A program made the translations under genes and the position numbers. This document shows positions 1 through 9,348 of a stretch of DNA of 32,000 nt, in pieces. Within the stretch, counting starts at the first letter, position 1; each line of letters starts with the position of its first letter. Source of the DNA: Desulfotalea psychrophila LSv54 (GTDB lineage: Bacteria; Desulfobacterota; Desulfobulbia; Desulfobulbales; Desulfocapsaceae); the NCBI RefSeq assembly GCF_000025945.1, contig NC_006138.1, forward strand, positions 2,910,001 to 2,942,000, written 5' to 3'. The notes beneath the pieces were generated by a model. It was not told the origin of the DNA, did not search any database, and saw only the letters and a list, made by a program, of their open reading frames with translations.

Positions 1-1
1 A

Positions 2-367
2 TCAATGGAAGTTTCCTATAAAAAGCCACAGCTCATCCAAAAAAGAGTCAAAGACCTGCTCGAACAGTTAGACCTGAGCGATAAACACGATACCATAGCA
101 GAAGAGCTCTCCCGAGGAGAACAACAGCGTATCACCCTTGCCCGTTCAGTGGCCAACTCACCCACCATGATCTTAGTGGATGAACCGACGGGAAACCTTG
201 ACGCCACTACAACAACAAGAGTTATGGATCTCCTGAAAAAATCCAATAAGGCGGGAGCAACCATCGTCATTGCCACCCACGACTCCTCTCTTTACGACAA
301 CACCTCACACAGGGTTTGTGAATTACGTCACGGCGAAATGTATTCCATCAATGGAGCTTTGCTATGA
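2..367 (+). CDS. ftsE: Cell-division ABC transporter ATP-binding protein FtsE, C-terminal part (5' end outside window)
   Basis: ABC signature-like LSRGEQQR, Walker B ILVDEPTGNLD and H-loop IATHD. Its stop overlaps the start of a following FtsX-like permease (ATGA at 364-367). Confidence 0.85.
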   Translation, partial: SMEVSYKKPQLIQKRVKDLLEQLDLSDKHDTIAEELSRGEQQRITLARSVANSPTMILVDEPTGNLDATTTTRVMDLLKKSNKAGATIVIATHDSSLYDNTSHRVCELRHGEMYSINGALL

Positions 368-1251
368 GTTTTTTCCTCAGCGTTTCACGACAGGTTGGGC
401 GCAACCTCAAACAGACTTGGGCCTCCCAGCTCATGACCCTGCTTACGGTCAGTCTCTCTGTGTTAATATTCGCATTTTTCTTTTTAACATACACTAACTT
501 ACTCAATTTAGGAACAAAACTGGGCGACAATCTCACCCTCATCATCTACCTTGACGACGATCTCAGCCCCGAGTTGCAAGAGCAGTTTGCCACCAAAATC
601 AACAAATTTGATCATACTGAAAAGATCAAATTTATCTCCCGTGAACAGGCCTTCAATCGATTCTCCCAGCAACTCGGTAGCAACAAAAATGTACTGGAGG
701 CAATGCCCCATGATTTTTTACCGGCATCCATAGAGGTCACCCCCGTAAAGGGAATGCGCAGTATAAAGCAGGTAAAATTATTTTCAAACTACCTGAAACA
801 ACTACCGGGGGCACTGAAAATTCAGTATGGTCAGGAGTGGGTTAATCGCTTTTTTTACTTCACCAACCTTCTCTCAATGGTGGTAATACTCAGCGGCATT
901 CTCCTAATCATGACCACCTTCTTCATGGTGGCCTACACCATACGACTCACCATTCTTGGCCGTCAGGATGAGCTAGAGCTCCTCAAACTAGTGGGAGCTA
1001 CCAATAACTATATTCGCGCCCCATTCTTAACCGAGGGTGTGCTACAGGGCCTCTTAGGCTCTACGATTGGCCTCTTGAGCCTCTTTGTAATCTTCGAATG
1101 GATTTTAAACCATTTTTCCGAGCCCGGCATTCTCGCCATGACAGACTTCGCATTTTTCCCGGCAAAAACAGTTGCTATCATCGTCTCTGCCTCCATCTGC
1201 CTCTGTGCCATCGGTAGCTACAGTGCCATGCAAAAGCTCCTTCGTATCTGA
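364..1251 (+). CDS. ftsX: Cell-division permease-like protein FtsX
   Basis: 295 aa. N-terminal TM helix, periplasmic domain, then three C-terminal TM helices (FtsX/MacB-type topology). Translationally coupled to ftsE upstream and to an EnvC-like gene downstream. Confidence 0.85.
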   Translation: MSFFLSVSRQVGRNLKQTWASQLMTLLTVSLSVLIFAFFFLTYTNLLNLGTKLGDNLTLIIYLDDDLSPELQEQFATKINKFDHTEKIKFISREQAFNRFSQQLGSNKNVLEAMPHDFLPASIEVTPVKGMRSIKQVKLFSNYLKQLPGALKIQYGQEWVNRFFYFTNLLSMVVILSGILLIMTTFFMVAYTIRLTILGRQDELELLKLVGATNNYIRAPFLTEGVLQGLLGSTIGLLSLFVIFEWILNHFSEPGILAMTDFAFFPAKTVAIIVSASICLCAIGSYSAMQKLLRI

Positions 1252-2528
1252 TGATATTACATATTATACAACTCAACAGATATCGTACCTCGGCAGCGGC
1301 AGGCCCTCAAGCCAGACACCTGCTTCTGGTGCTCAGCCTTCTATGCTTGCTAGCTAACATCATGCTCCTTCCTCTGGCAGCTGAGGCCACCGACCACCAG
1401 CCACTGCTGCAGGAAAAGAAAAAGCAAATAGAGACAAACCTAGACAGATTACAACGGGGTATCCGTAAACAGCAGGAGGCCATTATCACAGAGGATAGGC
1501 AAGAAACTGATATCCTGACTGAGCTTGAAACGCTCAATGAAAGAATTGGCAAAAAAGAGGTTAGAATTAATGCCCTGCAAGGGCAAATAATAGCACAAAA
1601 AAGAAAAACAGAGCTTAAAGAGAAGGCCCTCCTCACCCTGCACAGGCAAAACAGTTCCCTGAGAACTCAACTGGCAAAGAGGATCAGAGCCTATTACATG
1701 ACAGGCCAGATAGGCTTCTTAAACATCGCCTTTTCGGCCAAATCCTTCTCAGAGCTCCTCTCCTTCCGGGACTCCTTTGACGTTCTTATTCACTATGACG
1801 AAGAGTTACTCAACAACTACAGCAGGGCAATAAAAAAACTCAAATCAAGTAAAAAGGCGCTACTGCTGGAGCAGGAAATCCTGCAATCCTTCTTTACCGA
1901 GGTCGGCCAAGAGAAGCAGGAGGCCCAGGCAGATAAAGATAAAAAGGAGACCATCCTGGCAAGAACCAGGACCCAGAAACAGCTGCATGCGGAAGCCGTA
2001 AAAGAGATGTTGGGCTCTCAGCAACAGCTCTCCACAAGCCTGGTCAGCATCAAAAGAAAGCAGGCTCGCCGAGAAAATCGTTTCCTGAGCAGAAAAGGGC
2101 AGCTAGAGGCACCGGTTGCAGGCACAATCATCACCCAATTTCTTGAAAAAAGTACCAACAGGATGGGCATCGCTGAAACATCGATGGGGATTGCTATAGA
2201 GGCAGCAGATGGTAGCCCAGTTATTGCCACCGAGGCGGGCAAGGTTCTCTCCGCAGGTTATCTCCAGGGCTCTGGAAATACGGTTATTATCCATCACGGT
2301 TTTCAGTACTATACCATCACCTCCAGATTAGAAAATATTGCCACCAAAAAAGGAGCTCAGGTACGCCCGGGTGATATTATTGGCAGGGCGGGCGATACAG
2401 CGACCCTTATTGATGCAGGACTCTATTTTGAAATACGACATGGGAAAAAATCCATTGACCCACTTTCTTGGCTCAAGCCAACTGTCAAGACAGCCCAGGT
2501 AATCTTACCAGATGGCCCACGAGGATAA
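1251..2528 (+). CDS. envC: EnvC-like murein hydrolase activator (signal peptide, long coiled coil, degenerate LytM/M23 domain)
   Basis: K/E/Q/L-rich coiled-coil N-terminal half. The C-terminal M23 fold lacks the metal ligands: GIAIEAADG replaces HxGxD, ITSRLE replaces YaHl, and AGLYFEIRHG replaces HLHFE. Start overlaps the ftsX stop (TGATG at 1249-1253). Confidence 0.75.
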   Translation: MILHIIQLNRYRTSAAAGPQARHLLLVLSLLCLLANIMLLPLAAEATDHQPLLQEKKKQIETNLDRLQRGIRKQQEAIITEDRQETDILTELETLNERIGKKEVRINALQGQIIAQKRKTELKEKALLTLHRQNSSLRTQLAKRIRAYYMTGQIGFLNIAFSAKSFSELLSFRDSFDVLIHYDEELLNNYSRAIKKLKSSKKALLLEQEILQSFFTEVGQEKQEAQADKDKKETILARTRTQKQLHAEAVKEMLGSQQQLSTSLVSIKRKQARRENRFLSRKGQLEAPVAGTIITQFLEKSTNRMGIAETSMGIAIEAADGSPVIATEAGKVLSAGYLQGSGNTVIIHHGFQYYTITSRLENIATKKGAQVRPGDIIGRAGDTATLIDAGLYFEIRHGKKSIDPLSWLKPTVKTAQVILPDGPRG

Positions 2529-2530
2529 AA

Positions 2531-3847
2531 ATGCGACAACAACAAATCACTGCCAGAACCCTAGGCGTTTGCTTAATTTTTCTAACACTTTTTATAGCAA
2601 ACAGTGCCCTGGCTGAACAAAAATCAACGGACAAGACCTACAAACAGCTTGAAGTATTCGCCACCAGCCTGAGCATACTTGAGCAAAACTATATCCAGCC
2701 ACTGGACCCTGAGAAATCTCTTACCGATGCCATAAGCGGCATACTACAGGGACTTGACCCCCATTCATCCTACCTCTCCGCCAAAGAATTTCATGACCTG
2801 CAGTCGGAGACAAGCGGTTCTTTTTCCGGTATTGGCATTGAGGTCTCTACCCGCAACAACAATCTCACCATTATTGCCCCTCTGGATGGCAGTCCTGCCG
2901 CCCAGGCCGGGATTGAAGCGCAGGATCAAATAATTGAAATAAATGGCAAAAAGACTGCGGAGATGAGCAGCCAGCAAGCCCTTATGCTTTTGCGAGGGCC
3001 CATCGGTTCAAGCATAAGCCTGAGCCTGAAAAGAGAGGGTGAAGAGAACCTTCTCCATATCTCCTTAATACGAGAGAGAATATCCCTGCAATCCGTAAGC
3101 TTTCTCCCTCTTGGCAGAGATATCTTCTACAGCAGAATCACCAGCTTTCAAAGCAACACCAGCCACGATTATGTTGAAAAGCTCAATCGCATAAAAAAGA
3201 AGAGAGAAATACGTGGACTCATACTCGATCTGCGTAACAATCCTGGAGGATTACTCTCCCAGGCAATCAGTATCTCCGACCTGTTTATTAGCTCGGGGGC
3301 AATCGTCCACACCAGAGGTCGAGCAGCAGAGCAGAACATGACCTTTGAGGCCAGAGACCTTGGCGAGGACAATGATTTCCCCATGCTTGTCCTGATAAAC
3401 GGTGGTTCCGCCTCGGCCTCGGAAATTGTGGCAGGGGCCCTGCAGGATCAAGGACGGGCAATAATTGTGGGAACCGACTCCTTTGGCAAGGGTTCCGTGC
3501 AGACAATAATCCCCCTACCAAACGGTGCGGCCCTAAAGATAACAACGGCTCAATACTATACGCCCAAAAATCGATCAATCCAGGCCCAGGGCATCCACCC
3601 CGACATCACCCTATCCCGCCTAAAAAAAGGCTCCAGCTGCAGAGAAAGTGCCGACCAATCCACCGAGGCCAGCTTAACCAATCACCTGGATAACCCTAAC
3701 GGAAAGGCAAAGAGAGCCCCCCGTTCCGCCCGGGAGAAAAAGGTGCAAAAATTGCTCGCCGATGACAATCAAATCCGGGTCGCCCGGGATATACTACGCG
3801 GCATCCTGCGCTACTCCGCCTATCAGGATGCTCAGGTTGGTGAGTAA
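2531..3847 (+). CDS. ctpA: Carboxy-terminal processing peptidase, S41 family (CtpA/Prc-like) with PDZ domain
   Basis: Signal/TM segment, then a PDZ-like segment GIGIEV...GSPAAQAGIEAQDQIIEING. S41 catalytic region INGGSASASEI with downstream GKGSVQT. I prefer the ATG at 2531 (MRQQQ...), which has GAGGA 5 nt upstream, over the tracked start at 2468 that overlaps envC. Confidence 0.85.
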   Translation: MRQQQITARTLGVCLIFLTLFIANSALAEQKSTDKTYKQLEVFATSLSILEQNYIQPLDPEKSLTDAISGILQGLDPHSSYLSAKEFHDLQSETSGSFSGIGIEVSTRNNNLTIIAPLDGSPAAQAGIEAQDQIIEINGKKTAEMSSQQALMLLRGPIGSSISLSLKREGEENLLHISLIRERISLQSVSFLPLGRDIFYSRITSFQSNTSHDYVEKLNRIKKKREIRGLILDLRNNPGGLLSQAISISDLFISSGAIVHTRGRAAEQNMTFEARDLGEDNDFPMLVLINGGSASASEIVAGALQDQGRAIIVGTDSFGKGSVQTIIPLPNGAALKITTAQYYTPKNRSIQAQGIHPDITLSRLKKGSSCRESADQSTEASLTNHLDNPNGKAKRAPRSAREKKVQKLLADDNQIRVARDILRGILRYSAYQDAQVGE

Positions 3848-4031
3848 CAAGCTGTAAGCTGACAGAAAAGACTACCAACAAAAGCGTTGACCAAGAAAAC
3901 TATCTCGTAGAAAAAACGCTTAAAGCTTCGGGTAAAGTCTTTGCGAACGAGACGTCCACACTCCCAGAAAAAATTCGAGTGCTACGGGGCTATGGTTCAG
4001 GACATAGCGAATGGTTAAAAATTATCGTGCA

Positions 4032-4877
4032 CTAGTGGGATAAATTTTTAAGCAACAGTATCTCCTGTTCAACTCCACCGTTATGCTGATCTATTAAGCG
4101 GACAATCCTCTTAACTGCCTCATCTAAAGAGAGTCTGAGTCTTGCCAGGATAGCCTGATTATCCTGTATCAAATCTTTTTTGCTATACTTAAAAAGCTCA
4201 GCAATATTAGCGGGAATATAGAATTCAGCAGCCCCAAACTTCTTTTTTATGCGAAGGTACTCATCTAAACCAACGGGATCATAATCACCACAATGGAGAA
4301 GAGAGATGTGCTCATTTGGAACAAGGCAGCTCAAGAACCTCCCGGAGAAACGGCCACCTGTGTAATAAACGATATCAACGGATACTCCTAATTTCTCAAA
4401 AGCCCAAAAGACGTCTATATTTTCTACCAGGGCAATCCTGCCCGATATTTCAAGTTTATCACCATCCCTGAGCTGGAGACCTGCTATCCCCGCCTGATCG
4501 CACCACGCCTTGGCGGGCAAAGAGATATCGTTTAGTTTGAGCAAATCTTCCCTTTCAGAAAAAACTCGAATAAGCAGAGCCTCTCTATCTGTTCCCTGAA
4601 CTCTTTTGGCATCTCTATAGACAGCCACGGCCTCCGCCCGAGTGGACACACCTGCTATTGCCGCATCAAGCCCGGATGGATATTGCTTTTGACAATATTT
4701 TTCTAAGCCCCTATAAGAAATGACGGATATACTCTGCCCAGCCCCCACCCTCTTTTGCTCTAAAACACCTGCTTCCAGCAGGGTTTTAATCCTACCCCTT
4801 AATTTGGCTGAAAACTTAGTGAGCGGTATACTCTGGCCCGCGAGCAACATCTTAAGATGCCTTGCATAAACAGCCAT
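4032..4877 (-). CDS. jetD: JetD/MksG-like Toprim (DUF2220-type) protein, unusually short (281 aa)
   Basis: Toprim glutamate in IALVENIDVFWAF (E at 4422-4424) and DxD in LLHCGDYDPVGLDEYLRIKK (4278-4286). Last gene of the SMC operon. Its ATG at 4877 shares one base with the upstream stop (TGATG). Confidence 0.7.
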   Translation of the reverse strand: MAVYARHLKMLLAGQSIPLTKFSAKLRGRIKTLLEAGVLEQKRVGAGQSISVISYRGLEKYCQKQYPSGLDAAIAGVSTRAEAVAVYRDAKRVQGTDREALLIRVFSEREDLLKLNDISLPAKAWCDQAGIAGLQLRDGDKLEISGRIALVENIDVFWAFEKLGVSVDIVYYTGGRFSGRFLSCLVPNEHISLLHCGDYDPVGLDEYLRIKKKFGAAEFYIPANIAELFKYSKKDLIQDNQAILARLRLSLDEAVKRIVRLIDQHNGGVEQEILLLKNLSH

Positions 4878-7570
4878 CAACTCAGCCTTTCAATTATTCC
4901 CAGGCTACGATCATCGACATAAAGACCTTCTAGCCCGCCACGAAGAGTATAGAATCTGCTGATAACATCCATAGGTTCAGGGCTGGCAACAATGGGGGTA
5001 AAGCCAAGAGAGACAGATTGAGCAACTATTGAGCCAAGGTTATCTGGATCAAGCTTAGAGACCTCGTCTAAGAAAAATGGAATGAGCACCTTCTTGCTAG
5101 GGGCCAAAAGTCCTTTGATAAGCATAATATTAACAAGCACCTTGATGGTAACCGTGGTCCCTTCAGACTCGATTGATTTAAGCTCAGTATATGCTTTCGT
5201 ATTGCCATTTTTCATGACTTCAAAATTAAGAGAGAAGAGATCAGAAACTTCAATTTTCCCCTTTGCCCGAAAATAATTTTGCAAATCATCAACGGACCGG
5301 GTAGACGTGCTATTATGCACGGATGAAAAAAGTGAGGTCTCCGTTGTTTTGACAATATCTTGCATCAAACCGATAATCTGTTGATTCTCAACAACAATAA
5401 TCTTAAAACTACCAAGATCAGAGATAGGTACCTTGGCAAGTTTTCGATTAAATTCACTCACCGCCGACTTAAGAACACCAAGGTCCTTGAGCATATCCCT
5501 CATATTAGTGGCCAAACTCTTCCAGACAGCATCCCACAGTTTCATCACCGTCTTTTCTTGTTCCGCCAGCCCTTCTATCTCGCCCTTCAAGGAGTTAATC
5601 GTTTCTTGTTCTGAGCTCTTTATAAGAGCGCTATAATATGTCCTTTCAATGCTGTTGAGCTTTTCTTGCAAAGACATACTTAGACGGTTCTCTTCCAGAC
5701 CATAACTGAAGTGGTTAGAAATAAGCACAGCCAGATCATCTTCATCAAAGACAAGCCCCAGATCAACCTGCCAATCAGCGTCTGGAACGACAAGCTCATG
5801 TATTTTTGCTACACACTCTCTCTCAAGCCTATCAATCTCAATGATTTTTTCGGCACCAATCCGTGATTCCTTTTTTTTGGCACTTACATCTTCGCCCAAC
5901 CTCTTTTTTTCAGCATACAAAACACCCCGCTCGTCATCTTTACTGCCAAGCTCTTTCTCCAGCTCTCCCTTATTCTCTAAGCTTTTTGTAAAAGAGATAT
6001 AGCCATGATGATATGCACCTTTTTTCTTTAACTCTTGGCTCAGCTCTTCCTTTCGTCCCAACAATAAAGCCTGTTCACGCGCAACAACGATAAGGGCCTC
6101 ATCCTTAGCAATTCTTTTTTCCACAAGAAGAATATCTTTTTGCATCTCTTCTCTGTTTAAGAATTTGGAAATATCTGGCCAGAGATGTGGTTCCAACTTG
6201 ATTTGAACTGATTCATCGGCATATGTACCCTCTTTAATCCTAGCCAGAACAGCACGTATCCTCGCCACAAGAGCATCACTCTCTTTAACTATTAGCCCAT
6301 CATCTGCCACCTTCATCCCGAGCAGACGGTGATTATAGAGGGTGAAAAATTGGCCTATTTCTTCATCGGAAAATTCACTTCTGAGATAAGTGGCAACGGA
6401 ATTTTCTACATTGGCCAGCCTATTTTTAAGATCCACAAGTTCTTTTGTTTTCCTAAAAAGCCTCTTCTCCAAGACCTCCAGAGGATCTTCTTTTATGGCG
6501 ACCAAATTAAATTTTATCTTCTCCAGCTCAACCTCAAGCCCCTTCATAATCTGAATTTCAATATCAGGGGAGTAACCAGAAAACTTGGCTTCAGCTACTC
6601 CTAATTCGGTGAGCTGGCCCTTCAGAGCACCTATTCTTTCAATAACAACCTGCAACTTCTCTTCAAGAACATCTCTGCGCCGCAGGTCTTCTTTTATTTC
6701 ATCCTCGAGTTCACCCTTTCTGTCACAGATATCACTCTTTTTCTCACCATTCTCTTTTTTCTTTACGGAAAAAAGCTCGCTTATCTTCTGATACCCCACA
6801 ACCATATCTGACCTGCAGGAGATCCTCTCGTCATATTCCATGACACATTTTTCTATTGTTGGGGAGATTTCCTTAAGGGTTTTGATCCTCTCCAGACCCT
6901 TAATAACCCGCTCATATCCTGCAGAATATGCATCCTCCAGATCAATACCATTTTTCGTTCTAAAATCAGATTCAGCGACGTGGACAAGGGCAGATTTCAG
7001 CTCTTTTTGCCCAACATGAGAGAGATTTAAAAGATTGTGGTACAAATTACGAATCTTCTCATATCCACCCTGATCCTTAATGGGTAACAAACCTAAACTC
7101 ACGCCCTTACTGTCACCAACCCCAGTGAGCGCCGCCCTTAGCTGTTTTGGCTTTAAAACAGTATAATTTCTATCGGCAAGTTCCACTCGAACTTCTGCAC
7201 TACTCCTTGTGGTGCCATCTGCGTTATAAAAATCCTCCAGCGAGAACGAGCCCATATAAGAAAAACGCTCGTGCGCCCCTCCCATGCCCAAACCTCTCAC
7301 CCCAACAACCTGATAGCCGTTTGAGGTGAGACATTCAAAAAGCACATAGCTATACTGCCCCTTAAAATAATACCGCTTTGTCTCATCCATTGGATGGGTA
7401 AAAAACATGCAATTTTCATTGTCGACATAGAGGAATTGCAGAACAGCTATAAGAGAGGTTTTTCCTGCATTATTGGCGCCCACAAGATGCACGGCCTCAT
7501 CAATAGAGACATTGCAGTACTGATATTTACCTGAATTGATAAGAATTATTCTAGTTGGCCCGATATTCAT
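4877..7570 (-). CDS. jetC: SMC-family ATPase, JetC/MksB-like (head, long coiled coil, head)
   Basis: Walker A VGANNAGKTS (7454-7480). About 600 aa of K/E/L-rich heptad-like sequence. C-terminal head with signature-like SEGTT (5153-5167) and Walker B IPFFLDEVSKLD. The ATG at 7570 lies 6 nt after GAGGAG; the tracked ATG at 7576 directly abuts the RBS. Confidence 0.8.
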   Translation of the reverse strand: MNIGPTRIILINSGKYQYCNVSIDEAVHLVGANNAGKTSLIAVLQFLYVDNENCMFFTHPMDETKRYYFKGQYSYVLFECLTSNGYQVVGVRGLGMGGAHERFSYMGSFSLEDFYNADGTTRSSAEVRVELADRNYTVLKPKQLRAALTGVGDSKGVSLGLLPIKDQGGYEKIRNLYHNLLNLSHVGQKELKSALVHVAESDFRTKNGIDLEDAYSAGYERVIKGLERIKTLKEISPTIEKCVMEYDERISCRSDMVVGYQKISELFSVKKKENGEKKSDICDRKGELEDEIKEDLRRRDVLEEKLQVVIERIGALKGQLTELGVAEAKFSGYSPDIEIQIMKGLEVELEKIKFNLVAIKEDPLEVLEKRLFRKTKELVDLKNRLANVENSVATYLRSEFSDEEIGQFFTLYNHRLLGMKVADDGLIVKESDALVARIRAVLARIKEGTYADESVQIKLEPHLWPDISKFLNREEMQKDILLVEKRIAKDEALIVVAREQALLLGRKEELSQELKKKGAYHHGYISFTKSLENKGELEKELGSKDDERGVLYAEKKRLGEDVSAKKKESRIGAEKIIEIDRLERECVAKIHELVVPDADWQVDLGLVFDEDDLAVLISNHFSYGLEENRLSMSLQEKLNSIERTYYSALIKSSEQETINSLKGEIEGLAEQEKTVMKLWDAVWKSLATNMRDMLKDLGVLKSAVSEFNRKLAKVPISDLGSFKIIVVENQQIIGLMQDIVKTTETSLFSSVHNSTSTRSVDDLQNYFRAKGKIEVSDLFSLNFEVMKNGNTKAYTELKSIESEGTTVTIKVLVNIMLIKGLLAPSKKVLIPFFLDEVSKLDPDNLGSIVAQSVSLGFTPIVASPEPMDVISRFYTLRGGLEGLYVDDRSLGIIERLS

Positions 7571-8120
7571 CCTCATCTCCTCTTGCTAAAATTTCCTGTT
7601 CTTCAGAATCTTTTAAAACAGTGGTACAAAGATCAAGGAGACGGTACACAGGTGTCTTGAACTGAAAGGAGACCTTACCCAGGGTCGTTAGAAAACCATA
7701 TTTTTGCAGGGTCTCAATTATTGAGAAAAGCTTCTGCTCATCCTCCACCCCAACCTCTTTCATATAGTCTTTATACTTCTCGGTTTTAAAATGAGGCAGG
7801 GTCTCTATAAGAATGCTGTTATCGAAAAGAGCAGCCTCAAGATCAGCTTCTTTTCGATCCAAATCATCAATTAAGACAAAAACAAAAAGAAGCATCTGTT
7901 TAATCTGATTATTGAGGCTTTTTCCATGCTTTTTAAGATAATAAAACTCCTTAGGATGAGCGACTAACTCAAAGCCAAGGCACTCAAAAAGGTCAGCATA
8001 GCTCTGCAAATCGTTCTGGAGAGCAAAAAATAGCTTACCCTCTGAAAAGGAAATATGCCTCCCCTTAAGAAGCTCTTGATATATCTCCTGCAGGTAAGGC
8101 AAGTCATACTTATTTTTCAT
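7551..8120 (-). CDS. jetB: Small MukE/JetB(MksE)-like subunit (DUF4194-type), 189 aa
   Basis: Sits between the kleisin-like and SMC genes. Acidic C-terminus. The pattern ELLKG...FECLGFELV...FYYLKK resembles MukE-like winged-helix proteins as I recall them. Its 3' end overlaps the SMC gene start by 20-26 nt. Confidence 0.6.
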   Translation of the reverse strand: MKNKYDLPYLQEIYQELLKGRHISFSEGKLFFALQNDLQSYADLFECLGFELVAHPKEFYYLKKHGKSLNNQIKQMLLFVFVLIDDLDRKEADLEAALFDNSILIETLPHFKTEKYKDYMKEVGVEDEQKLFSIIETLQKYGFLTTLGKVSFQFKTPVYRLLDLCTTVLKDSEEQEILARGDEDEYRAN

Positions 8121-8124
8121 CTTA

Positions 8125-9348
8125 CTACCTCATATTTGTTATGGTAAGAGGGTGAGCGTGTATCCTAAATGTATCAAGAGAATATGTTGCTCGGGCATCA
8201 CCGTACTCAAATGCCAAGGCGCTCTTCGCCAGAAGATTGTAACTTCTCAGTATCAACAACATCTCTTTATCTTTGTAATTCTCTACAAGCCAGCCCAAAG
8301 TATCCTGAAGAGGCAAAGCAGCCTTGGCGCTCTCAAGCACTCCATCTAAGACATAATGTTTCTGTGGGTTAGCACGGGCTTTATTTCCATGATCAACCTT
8401 CGGGGGCACCACTGGCTGATAATTATCCACCTGTTTCAAATAGTCTAATGATTTAAAATCTTCAAAGACACCAATACGCTGGGCAAATGAGGGCAGGGCC
8501 AATTCGTCGGCAAGTCCCGTCAAGGCATCTGCTCCTCTTTTACTCACATTATCGAGAAGAACAGTTACCCCACGGGCAAAGAGGTTATCCCTCAATTCAT
8601 TTAACAGAGGCGTTATTTCGGCAAGAGACTCTTGAAATATCTGTAAAACTTCACGCCTTAGAAGTGGCAAATGGGACGAGACTCTCTTAATTTTATAAGA
8701 GATATCTTTTTGTAAGCAGTACTCTTCTGCCGCATAGCTAAGAAATTTTTCACACTTATCTAAAGACATGTCCATGACCTTCCCGACCTCGATCATATCC
8801 TCCAGGGGCAAGACATATCGCTTATAAATATCGTCAATACGACCATAACGGTCGGCAGAGGTATGTTTTTCGACGTTGGAACGTACCTTTCTTACCTCTT
8901 GAATAATTGCCAATCTATTACCTTCTGTGCCCTCTCTTAATTTCTCCATGACGCCCGCCATATCATTGAGAATATTGAAAATTGGGCCCTTGCTATTCTT
9001 TTCAAAGGCAAGCCTTAAACTATCCTGCAAAGAATCAAGCTCTTCTAAACGAGCCATAATCTCCCTAGGGGAGGTAAAGCGATGCTCCTGTTCGAGAAAA
9101 TCTAATAAATTTTTGATGTGATAGGTAACTTCATAGGAGGCAGTGGCATCTGGTAATGAGCGGATTATCTTGAGATCTAAAAGCTGCTTGAAAATATAGC
9201 TTGGCTGCGGATCAGTAACATCACGGTATGTTTTTATAAAATCAAGCAGTTCAGCCTCACTGAGATCACGGTTCATCTTATAGATGCTCACAATCAACTC
9301 GTAATAGTCTTTTACAACTTTCAAAAACACCTTGGGTAATATGGCCAT
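8125..9348 (-). CDS. jetA: Kleisin-like JetA/MksF-type subunit (DUF3375-type), about 407 aa
   Basis: First gene of the four-gene operon, mostly helical-looking, with size and position as for MksF/JetA. I prefer the ATG at 9348 (GAGGA 7 nt upstream) over the tracked TTG at 9390. A GAGG RBS for the next gene lies in its last codons. Confidence 0.55.
   Translation of the reverse strand: MAILPKVFLKVVKDYYELIVSIYKMNRDLSEAELLDFIKTYRDVTDPQPSYIFKQLLDLKIIRSLPDATASYEVTYHIKNLLDFLEQEHRFTSPREIMARLEELDSLQDSLRLAFEKNSKGPIFNILNDMAGVMEKLREGTEGNRLAIIQEVRKVRSNVEKHTSADRYGRIDDIYKRYVLPLEDMIEVGKVMDMSLDKCEKFLSYAAEEYCLQKDISYKIKRVSSHLPLLRREVLQIFQESLAEITPLLNELRDNLFARGVTVLLDNVSKRGADALTGLADELALPSFAQRIGVFEDFKSLDYLKQVDNYQPVVPPKVDHGNKARANPQKHYVLDGVLESAKAALPLQDTLGWLVENYKDKEMLLILRSYNLLAKSALAFEYGDARATYSLDTFRIHAHPLTITNMR

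Noticed and set aside
2468-2530. Tracked upstream start of the S41 protease ORF
   Set aside because: The extension overlaps the envC 3' end and has no RBS. The ATG at 2531 has a GAGGA RBS and yields a normal signal peptide.
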